A stretch of DNA of 63,403 bases from a virus (lineage: Duplodnaviria; Caudoviricetes), in the IMG/VR virus record IMGVR_UViG_3300037882_001548, positions 1 through 63,403 of that record; one strand, written 5' to 3'. Made by a program: the position numbers and the translations under genes. Positions within the stretch are counted from its first letter, which is position 1. Each line of letters begins with the position of its first letter. The notes under the pieces are model-generated. The model made no database searches, was not told where the DNA came from, and was given only the letters and a program-made list of their open reading frames with translations. Shown piece by piece: positions 48,401-60,337 of the stretch.

Positions 48401-50214
48401 TTACTAAAATATTTCCTAAGTATAGAGCATCCAGTTACGATGGTAAAAACTTCTTTACATTCAGGGATAAAATGATGACTAAACGAGAAAGTACAAATTC
48501 AAATGACCAAGACCAAACAGCCGATGATTATCCTTTTGACATACCTAACTTTTTCAGTATTAATCCACACGTTAAATCATCGCTATTATCACTGTTTAAA
48601 GTCAATGATATTATCGAAGATAAATTAACACTACATAGTCCCGCACTGGATTATAATCTTAAAAAAATATTCAAGATGTATTTAGATGGTGTTAAATTTC
48701 AATCACTTGGATTCAGTGGACCTAATACAACGTATATTGAATTTAAAAGACGTTTAGCGGCAAGTTTATATACTAAAGTATTATATACATCATTATTGGC
48801 AAAAGGTATTATAAAAGAAGCTAAGGATTTTAAAACAATAGATGAAAATTACAATGTTAAGTTTCTTTCTGGTCACGAAGCATTTAGGCAATCGCTGGTT
48901 CTTAAATTAGAAGCGGTGATATTGGCTGAAAAAGAAAGAGTTGGTGCAGCCATAGATAAACAGTACAGCGATAAAATTGATGAACAGCAACGCGCTGCAT
49001 ACATCAAAGAATCCATGAATCCTTTTATTCGTAAATTATACATTAAAACCAATGGTGATATAACAATCAGCAATGCAGCTAATTTAGATACCTACGAATT
49101 AATACAGATGCGCAAATCATTCTTATCATTGAATGATTTTATGATAAGTGAGATAAAAGACAGTGAGGGTTTTATATCTTATAAAGCAGATTATATGCCA
49201 GGTATAACAAATTCACTTAAATCAGAAATGTATTTGTATGAAGCTATGTTTAATGGTTTAAATTATAGTAAATCTAATAGTTTAATGTTTATAGATTTAG
49301 ATACGATTAAAGAAGCAGACGATGCGTATGCGCAAGAACTTAAAAGATTTGAGATACCGTTTATGTTATCCGAAGGACCTATTCAAGATAAAGAAGTAGA
49401 TGAGATTATGAATCATGTGGATAATATCATGCGTAAAAATGCGTATAATTTAAGAGAGTTATATGCACAAAAGAAAGATTCGCCTGGTACAAAAGGTTAT
49501 TTAAAAGAAAACGTACGTAAAATTAAGTTACGTGTATCTAATAATGTATATACCATTAGAACAGGACTACGTCAATTAAAACTTCCTTTTGCTCATAAAA
49601 TAAATGATACAACGACATTAGTATATCATCCAGATATGATTTATATACCTGATATAAATACAATAACTAAAGAACTTTATGTGCCAGCACATTATGTCAG
49701 AGATTCACAAGGCAATGCTTACGTTAAAGTAAAATATATACAAGATAGAGGCGTGTACTTATATAAAAGTTTAGGTAAATCATCAGCTTATGTTCCTGTG
49801 AGTAGGAAGTATAATCGTAGTGAAACCATATTAGATATAGCCAAAGCAAGTATTCAGTATGAGCGTATAGTAGATGTTAAATATATGCCAGGAACAGATA
49901 ATATAGTCAGTGGTGCAATAGTAACACAATTAAAAGTGTCTGAAACTATAAAATCAGGTGAATACGTTAAATTATATAATAATTCTGATTTGGCAATGCA
50001 AGGTAGTGATTTTAAATGAGTTGTTATAACATGAACTGATTTGAATAAAAATTATGAAAATCCTGATGCTCAAAATGATGCGGGTAAGGGACTTTATAAA
50101 TATAATTTTACAGTTGTACCGAAAGACCAAGCAAAAATGTTGGACGTTATGTCTACAAATCACATTATTGATGAAACCAATATAGAAATATTTGAATCTA
50201 AATGTAAGTCATAA
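33454..50214 (+). CDS. giant virion polyprotein containing the crAss-type virion RNA polymerase, an SF1 helicase domain and a zincin domain (5586 aa, code 4)
   Basis: Fourteen ORF-track fragments are all in one frame, separated only by TGA (~18). RNAP motifs TDAQ (~45361), GFRLPS and GSDFDVD (DFDVD at 46753-46767, in a gap of the ORF track). Helicase motifs GVAGAGKT (37489), VIDES, GDPSQ, AQGESYD and YTALTRAR. HESFH at 41767. TAA at 50212-50214. Confidence 0.88.
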
Positions 50215-50234
50215 TCTAAACTAAATATACACAT

Positions 50235-53200
50235 ATGTTTTGTAATATAAATAATAACAAACAAGGGGAGATTGAATCAGTCAATCTCCCCAATAATGAA
50301 CTATCCAAAGTATACCCTATTATGGCTAAGTTAAGTGGTCGTGTAAAAGGATACATGAATTATCAAAAAGTTCATAAACCACTGGCTGATAAAAATGACA
50401 GCACTGAAAAGACTGTCACAATGACTACACCATATCAATATGCGGTAGATGGTATAACTTTTCAAGTAGAGAATTCTGAATTAATTAATTTCGCAGAAGA
50501 CACTACATTAAATTCAGACAATCTGATAATTAGTACAAAAGAAGCTATTGATAGCGTTAATAATTTAGATATTTCTGATGAAACCAAACGAGTAAATCAA
50601 TTGCGTTTACTGCGTGATAATTTACCTATGAGTCAATTATTAAAAACATTAAGTAGTTTTTTCGATGATAAAAAAATAGACAACGAAACCAAAGATTTGT
50701 TGTCTATTTTGAGTCAATTAAAAACAGCTTTTGATAGAATAGGTCAAGATATGCCCGTTAACTTATATCAGTCTGTACAGGGAAGATTAATAAAAGACAA
50801 TCAAAGTAATTTATTAACTATAAAAGGACGTGTATTAAGTAGACCTCAACGCATTGTTAATGGTAAAAAAGAAATAGTCTATAATAGTTTAGAAGTAGCT
50901 GGTATGGAATTATATATGAATCCTTTTTCATCTGATGCAGCTATATCTAAGGAAGCACTTAAAACATTAGTTCATGAATTAACACACGTTCTAACACTAC
51001 AAGCATTAGAATCTGATAATGTATTCAAGCAAGATATTGAAAAATTATATGTGCAAGCGTTATCTAAATATAATAGATTAAAAGAATCTAATTCTATTCC
51101 TTATATGTATGGTATGACTAATATAAAAGAATTCATATCCGAATCTTTAAGCAATGCCCAATTTCAAAAGTTTTTAAATAATATCACAGATATTAATGCA
51201 AACGATAAAAATAATACTTCATTATTAAATCGTTTGAGTGAAGCTATTTTAAACGCCATAGACAGATTTTTATTAAAACTTAATATAAGTATCAACAAAG
51301 ATAGTGTTCTTGATTCAGTGTTTAAAAAAACGTTACTTAAAGTACATTCTCAAAATAAAATCAGTGAATCAAATGAAGCTATGACTAAACGTATGAAACA
51401 AATGGTTGAGTCAGGTGAATTCAGTGAAACAGATTTAGCATTGCAATCTGGTAAAAATAAGACAGATAATTTACAAAGTAATTCAGTTGTAGAAGATGAA
51501 TTAAATCAGATTAGAGAGAACGAAAAGAAAAAAGCAGATAAACGTAAAGATAGTTTTTCATCGTGAGAAAAGATTAAAGTTAAATTATCTAAAAACGCAG
51601 AAGATTTAACTGTTGATGACGCAGGTAGTATTTATCAATCTATCGAATCAGCCATTAAAGGCTTTGTATCTAATTTTGATCCTGATATAGAATCTATAAG
51701 AAGTCGATTTAAAAAGAGTGGTTTTACATCAGAATACGAATCCATCAATCATGATTGGGGAGAGCGTATATGGAAAGACACAGATCCTCTGATTAAAAAA
51801 GATATACGTGGTTTTGGTAAAGTCAATAAAGAAGAAGCTGTAGCCGCTAAGAATGCAGCCAACGCATCAGGTAAAGAAAAAGGTACAATTATAGGTAATA
51901 TGATTCAATTGGCTTTTACAACTGACCCTATTACTAAATCTACATTACAAGCCGCTATATTAGCTATTTACAGCGATAAAACATCTAAATGGTACGGTAA
52001 GTCTAATAATTTTCAATGGGTCACAGAATTAACCGCTACATTAGCTGATAGATGAAATTTAGGTAAAGATGATAAAGTAATGTTTGAAAAAGAATGAGCG
52101 TCACCCATTCTTAAACTCAATGGTCGCATAGATGGTCTGATACAAAGAGCTAATGGTATGCTTAGACTATTAGAATTTAAAACATCCAATGGTTCTTTTT
52201 TACATGATGGTTTTACTATGTTTAAATACGGTACAGTAGGTGCTAAGCAAATAAGTATGGATTCTCTAAATAGAGCTAAATTACAAGCTATAGCACCAGC
52301 ATTTGCGCTGATGGTTGAAAATCATGATTTTAGATTTGAGGGTATTGAAGTCAATTGATTTCCTAACGAGTCTATTGCATTTGATGTTAATACATCTAAA
52401 ATTGAAATGAGTCGTGAAGAAATTCAATCATACTTAGACATGATGCGCGCTTATTATAAAGCAGAGCAACCTGATGTATACGCTAAAATTAAAGATGTTA
52501 TCCCCATATGAAATGCTTCTAACTATACAAATGCTGTCGATAGCATAGACATTCAAGACAAATCAGGTAATCAAAAATTCAGTTCATCCGAAGAAGAATT
52601 TAAAAAGACTCTGGCTAATTTAAAAAAGAATGTGTTATTTGAATCTAATTTGACAAAGTATAAAAGTACGGCGGCAAGGCTTAATAGTCCTGATGTAGTC
52701 AAACGCAATTATGATATGTTAGAAAAAGATGTATCTCGTTTAATTCAAATTATGTCTGATGGCGGTGTCAATTTAGCTGACCAAGATTATGTTAAAGATT
52801 TCTCAGATATTCGTTTTTATACGTCCACTATGGCTAATACAGGTAACGCTGTGGTCGATTTATTTCATCAACTGTTTGAACAGCGCAGCTTGCTTGTTAA
52901 AGACGCTGTAATGAAAGATAAAGTAGCTTTTAACAAAGTATTCATGCCATATATAAACCAACAACGCGCTTTAAAAGGATTAGGTCCATTGAAACATGAA
53001 AATGATTTAAAAAAGTATTTATCTAAAACAAATACAGCTGAAATATATGGTAAACTGTATAAAGAATATGAAGATGATGAAGGCAATAAACGTAAAGGAT
53101 TATTTCGCAGTGACGAAGACTTAAATGACCCAATAAATGATTTAACAGATATAGATAAATCACTACTTAATTTTTTAAATAATCATTATGATACTTTCTT

Positions 53201-55466
53201 TGTAGGCGATAACGCACTACTAAATAAACCGTATACATATAAATTAGACTTCTTGAAACAAGAACAGACATTATCCGCTATTGATGTATACAACGGCAAT
53301 ACATATAATAGTTCTATGAATGAACGTGGTAGTTGGAATTATACACAACAAACACAAACCAATAAATCTAATGGTAAGCGTGATGTAGGATGGTTTCCTA
53401 AGTTTGCGCCGACAATGGATGAAATGTTAATGATGAATAGTTTGATTACTTATAAAACAGATGCTAATGGCAATCAAGTCATAGATAAATCATTCGCAGA
53501 TTATAAATTAGCAGAGCTGCGTCAAGTTAAAGGTATGGATAGATATTTATCTAAAGAATATTGAAAATTATGAGCTTTGTCTAATTTCACAACATTCTGA
53601 GAAAATGAATACAATGAAACAGGTAGAGATGACCAACATGCCGTTCCTGTAGTAGGTCTGGGTGGTAAAATCATCAATAACAATATGAATTATACGCTGG
53701 ATATAGAAATGCAGTTTAATAACTTTACGACACAAATGCGGCGTAAAGAACATATGGATGATGTATTTGTATTGGGTAAAGGTATGGTTCATTATCTGAA
53801 TGAGTTTAACAGTGGTGATTTAAAGTCTGGTCAAACAGGTAGTTTATTATCACGTTTTATTGATGCGCACGTAAAAGATAAAGTACAAGGACTGAGTGAT
53901 GAAGATAAAGACTTTTCATTCCTTTCACGACCTATTCAAATCAGAGCTTTTAAAAAAGACCCCAGTAGAATAGATGGACGTTACAGTCGTTATAATTTCT
54001 CTACACGTAAGTTTATTCAGTATATTAAACGGAGTGCTTCATCAGCCATTATGTTTGTATCTCCTATAAGTGGATTTGTCAATGCGATGCAGGCATATAC
54101 GGCATCTGTTAGAATGGGTGCCGCATACAGTGTCGCTAAGAATTTAGATGATAAATTTAGTTTATTTGGTACGGATGGTATAAAAGACATTCATGATTTT
54201 GGTGCTGGTGATTATCATAAAGGTTTAAAATTTGGTATGGATATACTGACTAAACCTTTACGGGGAGAAAATTTGAATGAAGATAAGTTATGATTAATCA
54301 GTGAAGCATTGAATTTTTTACCTGATAGCGCAGATTACAAGTTATCGTCATCTAATTTAATGGTTGGTTCATATCAGTGAAAAAAAGCATCTCACATGTA
54401 TTTATTCCATAGTGCTTTTGAAGAAGTGAATACACTTGCTGTACTGTATGCGCAGTTACAATCTCAAAAAGTAGTCAGTACAAATCCTAAGTGAAATGGT
54501 AAGTCTATGTTGGATATGTATACAGTTGTCGAGGGACAACTTAAATTTGCTTATGACGAGACAACAGGTGAAGAAGATTTATCTTTCAATAGAGGTTACG
54601 AACGTAGCTTAAATGGGGAGAATGTGGCCATTAGAGGCGTTACATCCAAAGAAGCGACTAAATTAAAACGGGTGTATGAAAGACTACAAGGTGGTTATAG
54701 GACGGAAGAAAAAACTATTATGGAAATGACGCTACTCGGTGAATTATTTTTACAGTTCAGAAAGTATTTACCGTCACTGCTTAAAAATATGTTTGGTTCT
54801 AAAAAAGATGATTATTCACTGGGTCGATATGTCACCAAAGAAGTGATAGATGGTAACATGAATCCCATAGAATTAAAAGAATGAAAAAGTAGACGCATAG
54901 AAGGTCGTTTTAATGTATTAGCGCATGGTTTAACACAAGTTATTAGAACACATCCTGTTGTACCTAAATCAGTACAGTCTTTTATGAATGGTAGTGCCAG
55001 TATGCAAAATTCTTATAAATGAGAAGATTTATCACCAGAACAGCGACTGGTATTCATAGATTTAGGTGTAACAATGGCTATGGTATTAGCACCTGCTGCA
55101 ATATTATTTACACGTTCTGGTGTAGATGACGATGATTCGTATTTAAAGATGTTACAACGTATTGCTGGTAATATATGGCAGCCATACAATCCATTTGAAG
55201 CATTGAGTTTCTTGACAAGCGTACCCGTACCAATGAAAGTATTTGCTAAGAAGCTGGGTGCTTATTCAGAACTCAGTAAATCACTACTACTTTATGCGAT
55301 AGGTAATGAGCAAGATGCGATGACACAAAAAGGTTATTTGAAAGGATTTAAAGAATCAGCACGTTATGCGGGTGGTGTTGTATCAGCAGGTTATAAACTG
55401 TGAGACTTCCAGATGCATCAGAAAAATGATTTGAATGATTTTATATTTGGTACTAAATTAAGATAG
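50235..55466 (+). CDS. large virion/ejection protein with zincin and PD-(D/E)xK nuclease-like domains (1743 aa, code 4)
   Basis: Six fragments in one frame joined by TGA. HELTH (50973) with downstream EFISE; FE...GRIDGL...LLEFKT (52122-52184); hydrophobic segments near the C-terminus. Ends TAG-TAA. Confidence 0.8.
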
Positions 55467-55491
55467 TAAATAATTAAATCATTACGATGAT

Positions 55492-55530
55492 AAAAAAAAG
55501 CCCGTACAGACGTTATGTCTGACGGGCTTT
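55492..55530. terminator. bidirectional intrinsic terminator at the convergence of the two gene blocks
   Basis: AAAAAAAAGCCCGT-A-CAGAC / GTTAT / GTCTG-ACGGGCTTT. Confidence 0.85.
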
Positions 55531-55557
55531 AATCGTATTATCACAATAAAAAATAAA

Positions 55558-56205
55558 TTATTTATTCAATGTATCAGCGACAGATTGTCTTAATTTAATA
55601 CCAATGTGTACATAAGGAGTTTCTTTAATAAATTGATTAAAGAAGAATTTACTATTACCGTCAATTACGTCAACATGAGTAGAAGTAACAATTAACCATA
55701 ATGTATCTTCCGTACTATAATGATTTCCTTTAGCCTCAGATACATTAATATCAAACACATCACCAAATTCCTTTTGCAATGTAAGACCTATTTCAAGGTC
55801 AGTAACGCCTTCAAATTTATTTATCGGTGTATCACCTACAATTTGGTGATAGTACGCTTCAAAGATACGAAGATAGCTTCGCATAATGTCATTACCTCTA
55901 TTAGCGTCATCACTGAAACCAAAGCATTGATGATATGTATTGTCTGTCTTAGAAAACAGACAATACATACGATACATCTTAACAATGGCTAAGACATGAA
56001 TAAAGCAACAATTAGGTAGCATGAAAGTATTTAATGCAGAACCAGCACTTGTTTTAGCTTTGCTAATAATTTCAAAAAATTCAGCCAATGATTTGGATGT
56101 TAATAGATTATCAGTAACAAATCCATTTTGTTTTAGATTTGCTTGATTTTCATTTTGTGAAACACTATTAGTTTGCATTGATGTCCATTGCATAAACTTA
56201 GCCAT
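55558..56205 (-). CDS. hypothetical protein (215 aa)
   Basis: Clean ORF with ATG, A-rich leader and TAA; no recognisable motif. Confidence 0.7.
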   Translation of the reverse strand: MAKFMQWTSMQTNSVSQNENQANLKQNGFVTDNLLTSKSLAEFFEIISKAKTSAGSALNTFMLPNCCFIHVLAIVKMYRMYCLFSKTDNTYHQCFGFSDDANRGNDIMRSYLRIFEAYYHQIVGDTPINKFEGVTDLEIGLTLQKEFGDVFDINVSEAKGNHYSTEDTLWLIVTSTHVDVIDGNSKFFFNQFIKETPYVHIGIKLRQSVADTLNK

Positions 56206-56237
56206 ATTTTTGATTTATTTTAAATTGTTAAATAATA

Positions 56238-56906
56238 TTATTTTTGTTTATTAATTATATATTCAGTTAACCACTGATTCATTTCTTTCAGTTTATCACT
56301 TACTCGAACATCATCAGGTGTTGGGATGTACATGTAATCATATGTATAAGCATCTTTAGGATACTTACTCATTAATTCATTGTCATCCAGCGATGTATTA
56401 AGTGACGCTTCTAATGTTTTACGAAGCTCTTCGCCTTTAATCAATATCTGATGCTTCTTATTGATTATCTTTTCTCCATTGGATAGTAATAGTCAGTAAG
56501 CTTGTGAAGCATAGTCCAATAAATCAATATTTATTTCTGAATATCGACCATCATACATAGGCTCAACAACATCCTTTTTGATTTTTTCAGGAATATCTAA
56601 TTTAATCAATGTCAAATGTTCTTTACTATCTACATCAAAACTTTCATAAAAATTATGATTGCTTATAATATCGAATAAGAATTCATCAGACAATTGTTTA
56701 GAATTAAATGCTATAATAAATGTATTGTCTTTAATGAAGGTATTAACAAAACCATTCTTTGTGAATTGCTCAAAAGGAATAGTTTTTGTTATTCACGGTA
56801 ATACAAAGTGTGCACTGGGGTTAAGTGTACGCTTGTAATCTTTCTTTAAGTTCTTGTCTAAAAAAGTTTCGTAAGGTGTGTTCAGTAAATTTAGTTCTTG
56901 GTTCAT
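56238..56906 (-). CDS. hypothetical protein (222 aa, code 4)
   Basis: ATG at 56906 (MNQELNL...). Two in-frame TGA join ORFs 56493-56693 and 56238-56444. Confidence 0.7.
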
Positions 56907-56963
56907 TATTTTATTAATTTTTTAATTGTTAAAAATATTTTAAAATTAGTGTTTTGAAAATAA

Positions 56964-57179
56964 TTATTGTGCTCGTAGTATTTCTCTATTGAGCTTTGCC
57001 GTAGCTACTTTATTAGCGTGGCGTACTTTGTTTCGAGCATCTTTGATTTTCTTTTGCTCGGCATACGCTGCTTTATATGCTTTCTTGTGCTCATTAACAG
57101 GTGGAATAACATCCAACTTGAACATACCTGGTGCGGTATCGGGGTAATTACTTTTTTCTAACGACATAAAACCTTTCAT
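56964..57179 (-). CDS. small basic hypothetical protein (71 aa)
   Basis: ATG at 57179, two nt after the exonuclease TAA; K/A-rich helical C-terminus. Confidence 0.6.
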   Translation of the reverse strand: MKGFMSLEKSNYPDTAPGMFKLDVIPPVNEHKKAYKAAYAEQKKIKDARNKVRHANKVATAKLNREILRAQ

Positions 57180-57181
57180 AA

Positions 57182-58309
57182 TTAAATTCAAATTTGAAAT
57201 TGTTGTTTTGCCAATACGGCGGGAGCATTTCAGTAATTATTACTGATATGCCAATGTAAATCTTGTATTAATTCATTGAGCCCAGGATAATACGTATCTT
57301 TTTGTGTACAGCCAGTAAATCCTTGTTGAAGTGTGTCAGGAGTTACTTTATAAGCCATTACAGCTGAGAATTTACTATCTTTGGGTGTTACAATGAACAT
57401 GAATGGAAGTAGCTTGTAATCCTTAAAAATGCTTACTTCCAATATATTACTTATAGCTTGCTGATAAAACGCAGCTTGTCTAAAATAACCGTATTCATAA
57501 AAAGACTTCTTAAAATTATAGATATCAAATCCTTTCGTTTTTAAATCTATAATTTGAATCGTTTTATCTTCATGATTGACTTGAATCATATCTATCAAAC
57601 CTTTACACTTATGCGCTTTATCATCTACGATAAAGTCGAAGTATATGGGCTGCTGATAAATATTTTCAATGTGCTCAGGTACAACACGCTTATCGAAGTA
57701 TGATGCGAATCGAGATTCTTTGATGTTCTCCACCGCATTACATACACCCACGTAATCATCTGCATAAAGCGGCTTGCGTTTATCTGTACTTGCCGCTTTA
57801 TCTAAATGCAGTGACCAATAATAATCATAATAATCATCTTTAGATCAAAATGATTCTATGACTTTCTCTATGGATAGTTTATAACCCGCTTTGTTGTATG
57901 CCTTAGCATAATCTTCAAGTGACGATTCTTTTGTTATATTCTCAGGCAATGCTTCTATAAAAGCCAACATTAATCCTGTGGGCTTTATACCAGCAAGTAT
58001 TTTAAACTTTTCATGAAACTCTTTTTGAGAACCTGTAAGTAAGGTATCTACGGCGCTACCCATGATAAAGTAATTCTTATCTTCTTTATCTATATCTTCT
58101 TTATGAATCATTTTTCTAACAAGTAGCGGATGTGTCCGTACCAATCCCAATAGGGAGTTATTGATATAAAAGTCAGATAGTCGATAATTAAAATAAAAAT
58201 CTTCATCGATAATAGATTCTTCATGTTCTGTAAAAGGGTCTCATGGCTTAGACACTTTGAGATAATCTTTATTTCAAAGTGCTAATTCTTTTTTGAATGA
58301 AAATTGCAT
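57182..58309 (-). CDS. PD-(D/E)xK exonuclease (RecE/ExoVIII-like; 375 aa, code 4)
   Basis: GSAVD, CKGLIDMI, IIDLKT and YFRQAAFY. ATG at 58309 overlaps the upstream TAA; five in-frame TGA; TAA at 57184-57182. Confidence 0.85.
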
Positions 58310-58845
58310 TATTCTGGTTTTTTATCTATTAATTTAGGTAGGTAATGGTTATTTTCACACCATTCTTCCACAGCCAACCAATCTACGAATGGTCGAGGAT
58401 GAATGTGTGTATCATAAATCAACGGGCATCCTAATGCAGCATCATCTATGTAAATATGAGCATATACTTTAGGTGATGTTGACCAACTATTCTGCATTTT
58501 GTTTATGTTAACATCATACAAATTAATACCGTGCGATTTAACAAAATCTACAGCATCAGTCAAATAAGTTATGTTAGACTGCATTGGTATAGAATGGTTG
58601 TGATGATTACCTGTAGCCAAAGACGCTTGATAATATGCTTTTGCAGCAGGCTCAGGTATTTCTTTATCCGCTCGCATTGTATGTAAGATAAGTCGATTGT
58701 ATTGTTGTAATCGCTTTAAAACACGTACTGCTTCGGGTACTGCTTTTGTAATGTGCGGAAAATCATAAAAACTGAAAGTACCATCAAAATCAAATAGTAC
58801 GGTGCGTTTTTGTATTATTTCGTCGTTAATTATTGAAGAATTCAT
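58309..58845 (-). CDS. HAD-superfamily hydrolase
   Basis: LFDFDGT motif I, LHTMR motif II and KVYAHIYIDD motifs III/IV. Likely start MNSSI at 58845. Confidence 0.85.
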   Translation of the reverse strand: MNSSIINDEIIQKRTVLFDFDGTFSFYDFPHITKAVPEAVRVLKRLQQYNRLILHTMRADKEIPEPAAKAYYQASLATGNHHNHSIPMQSNITYLTDAVDFVKSHGINLYDVNINKMQNSWSTSPKVYAHIYIDDAALGCPLIYDTHIHPRPFVDWLAVEEWCENNHYLPKLIDKKPE

Positions 58846-59314
58846 ATCCTGATTTTTTCTTTTTAAATTTATTTGCTTCAAATTCATGATATTCTTCAAA
58901 GAATTTGAAATGATTTGAATATGACCAAAGTAATACGTATATTCCTTTGGTCATATCTTCATCAGATAATTGTTCATGTACACCAAACATATTTTTATTA
59001 CGAATAACCGATAATATTGTTTTATCCATTAAACCGCTTTTAAAATATTTATATACAGGTTGACCATCTAAATTGGCATCAGATATTTTAGATGCTTCGT
59101 TGTCTATATACCCTAATTGTTTGTACATAAAACACATGCGCTCATATACAAACTTATATAATTGTAAATAAATTACTTTACTTGAATATTTCTCAAGAAT
59201 GTTTCCTGATAAATAATACATAACCATACTACTTAATGCAGGTTCATGAAAACTTACTTCACGAATACTATTGAGAATACTTTTATTAAATTCTATTACG
59301 GATTGTCTATACAT
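58826..59314 (-). CDS. hypothetical protein (162 aa)
   Basis: ATG at 59314 overlaps the end of the GGCT gene; ORF runs to TAA. Confidence 0.6.
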   Translation of the reverse strand: MYRQSVIEFNKSILNSIREVSFHEPALSSMVMYYLSGNILEKYSSKVIYLQLYKFVYERMCFMYKQLGYIDNEASKISDANLDGQPVYKYFKSGLMDKTILSVIRNKNMFGVHEQLSDEDMTKGIYVLLWSYSNHFKFFEEYHEFEANKFKKKKSGYEFFNN

Positions 59315-59756
59315 GATGCGGAGTCCAATTTGATTTATAATAACGTTTCCAGAATCTTGATAATGTACCACCTAATGGTGGAATTACTTTTGATTTTTCT
59401 TTAATAAAACAATGAAGGGTTATTGTTTCAAAAAATTTATCTTCAAGCAAAGGATCGTAGTTACGACTAATATGTTTATAACCTAAATTTATAAACTTAT
59501 AACCTTGTTCTAAGCGCATAACTTTAGACATTGTCCAAATATCTTTTATACACCATACTTCACCTTGTATGGGTCGTTTCAGTGATTTATTAGGATACAT
59601 GATAGGATAATATCCATTACTGTATAAACCATATCCGTTTATTTCTTCATGGCAAATAAATTCAGCATTGTTTAAAAAATGATTGTTAGACATACCTGAT
59701 TTAAGTGTACCATATACGAATAAATATAATGGGTATTTGATATCTTCTAATTTCAT
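59307..59756 (-). CDS. gamma-glutamylcyclotransferase (AIG2-like) family protein
   Basis: LFVYGTLK, YP, IQGEVW and LE.GY motifs. Confidence 0.85.
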   Translation of the reverse strand: MKLEDIKYPLYLFVYGTLKSGMSNNHFLNNAEFICHEEINGYGLYSNGYYPIMYPNKSLKRPIQGEVWCIKDIWTMSKVMRLEQGYKFINLGYKHISRNYDPLLEDKFFETITLHCFIKEKSKVIPPLGGTLSRFWKRYYKSNWTPHHV

Positions 59757-60115
59757 TATCAGATAAATTTAATGATGATTAAAACAATCAGTGATACAAT
59801 TAAACCTGTATAAAATCCTCTGAAATAGGATTTGGCTATGATGTTATCAAAACTACTTATTTCAGAGGACTTCACCATAAGAAATTCACGATATACTTTA
59901 ATTTGTTCGTACAGTCGTTTGGTAACAGCTTCGTTGACTACACCAGGATTGGTTGTTGCTGATGTAATAGCTCTACTTTTTATGAGCTTTTGGTGTTCTT
60001 CTTTCAATGTCTTAGTTAATATATTGCCCGCAGCCAATTGTGATTCTAAGTCATAAAGATAATCTGTCAATAATTTATTTACAGATTTGGGTAAAAAATA
60101 CTTAAATAATCTCAT
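59756..60115 (-). CDS. coiled-coil protein with C-terminal transmembrane helix (119 aa, code 4)
   Basis: C-terminal GLIVSLIVLIIIKF. Ends TGA-TAA, with the TAA overlapping the next ATG. Confidence 0.65.
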
Positions 60116-60118
60116 TAT

Positions 60119-60337
60119 TTATACAGTAATTTGTAAACCGAATCTTGAATCTAAAGTATCATCAAAACCCTCAATAAAGTCACCAATATCTGTATAAATA
60201 ATTGAAGAATCATCTGATATACTTTTACTTATAACCGAACCAATATTATACATAAATGAAGATTCATCTAAGTCGTTTTCTATTGCTTTCTGCAAATCTA
60301 TAATAATTTTTTTTACCAATTCTTTTTTATTCGCCAT
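60119..60337 (-). CDS. small acidic hypothetical protein (72 aa)
   Basis: TAATG-coupled start; ORF runs to TAA. Confidence 0.6.
   Translation of the reverse strand: MANKKELVKKIIIDLQKAIENDLDESSFMYNIGSVISKSISDDSSIIYTDIGDFIEGFDDTLDSRFGLQITV

Noticed and set aside
4724-53792. Short - strand ORFs antisense to the late genes (e.g. 11543-11929, 41289-41621, 46692-47060)
   Set aside because: They are shadows of long + strand genes, with no motifs or plausible starts.
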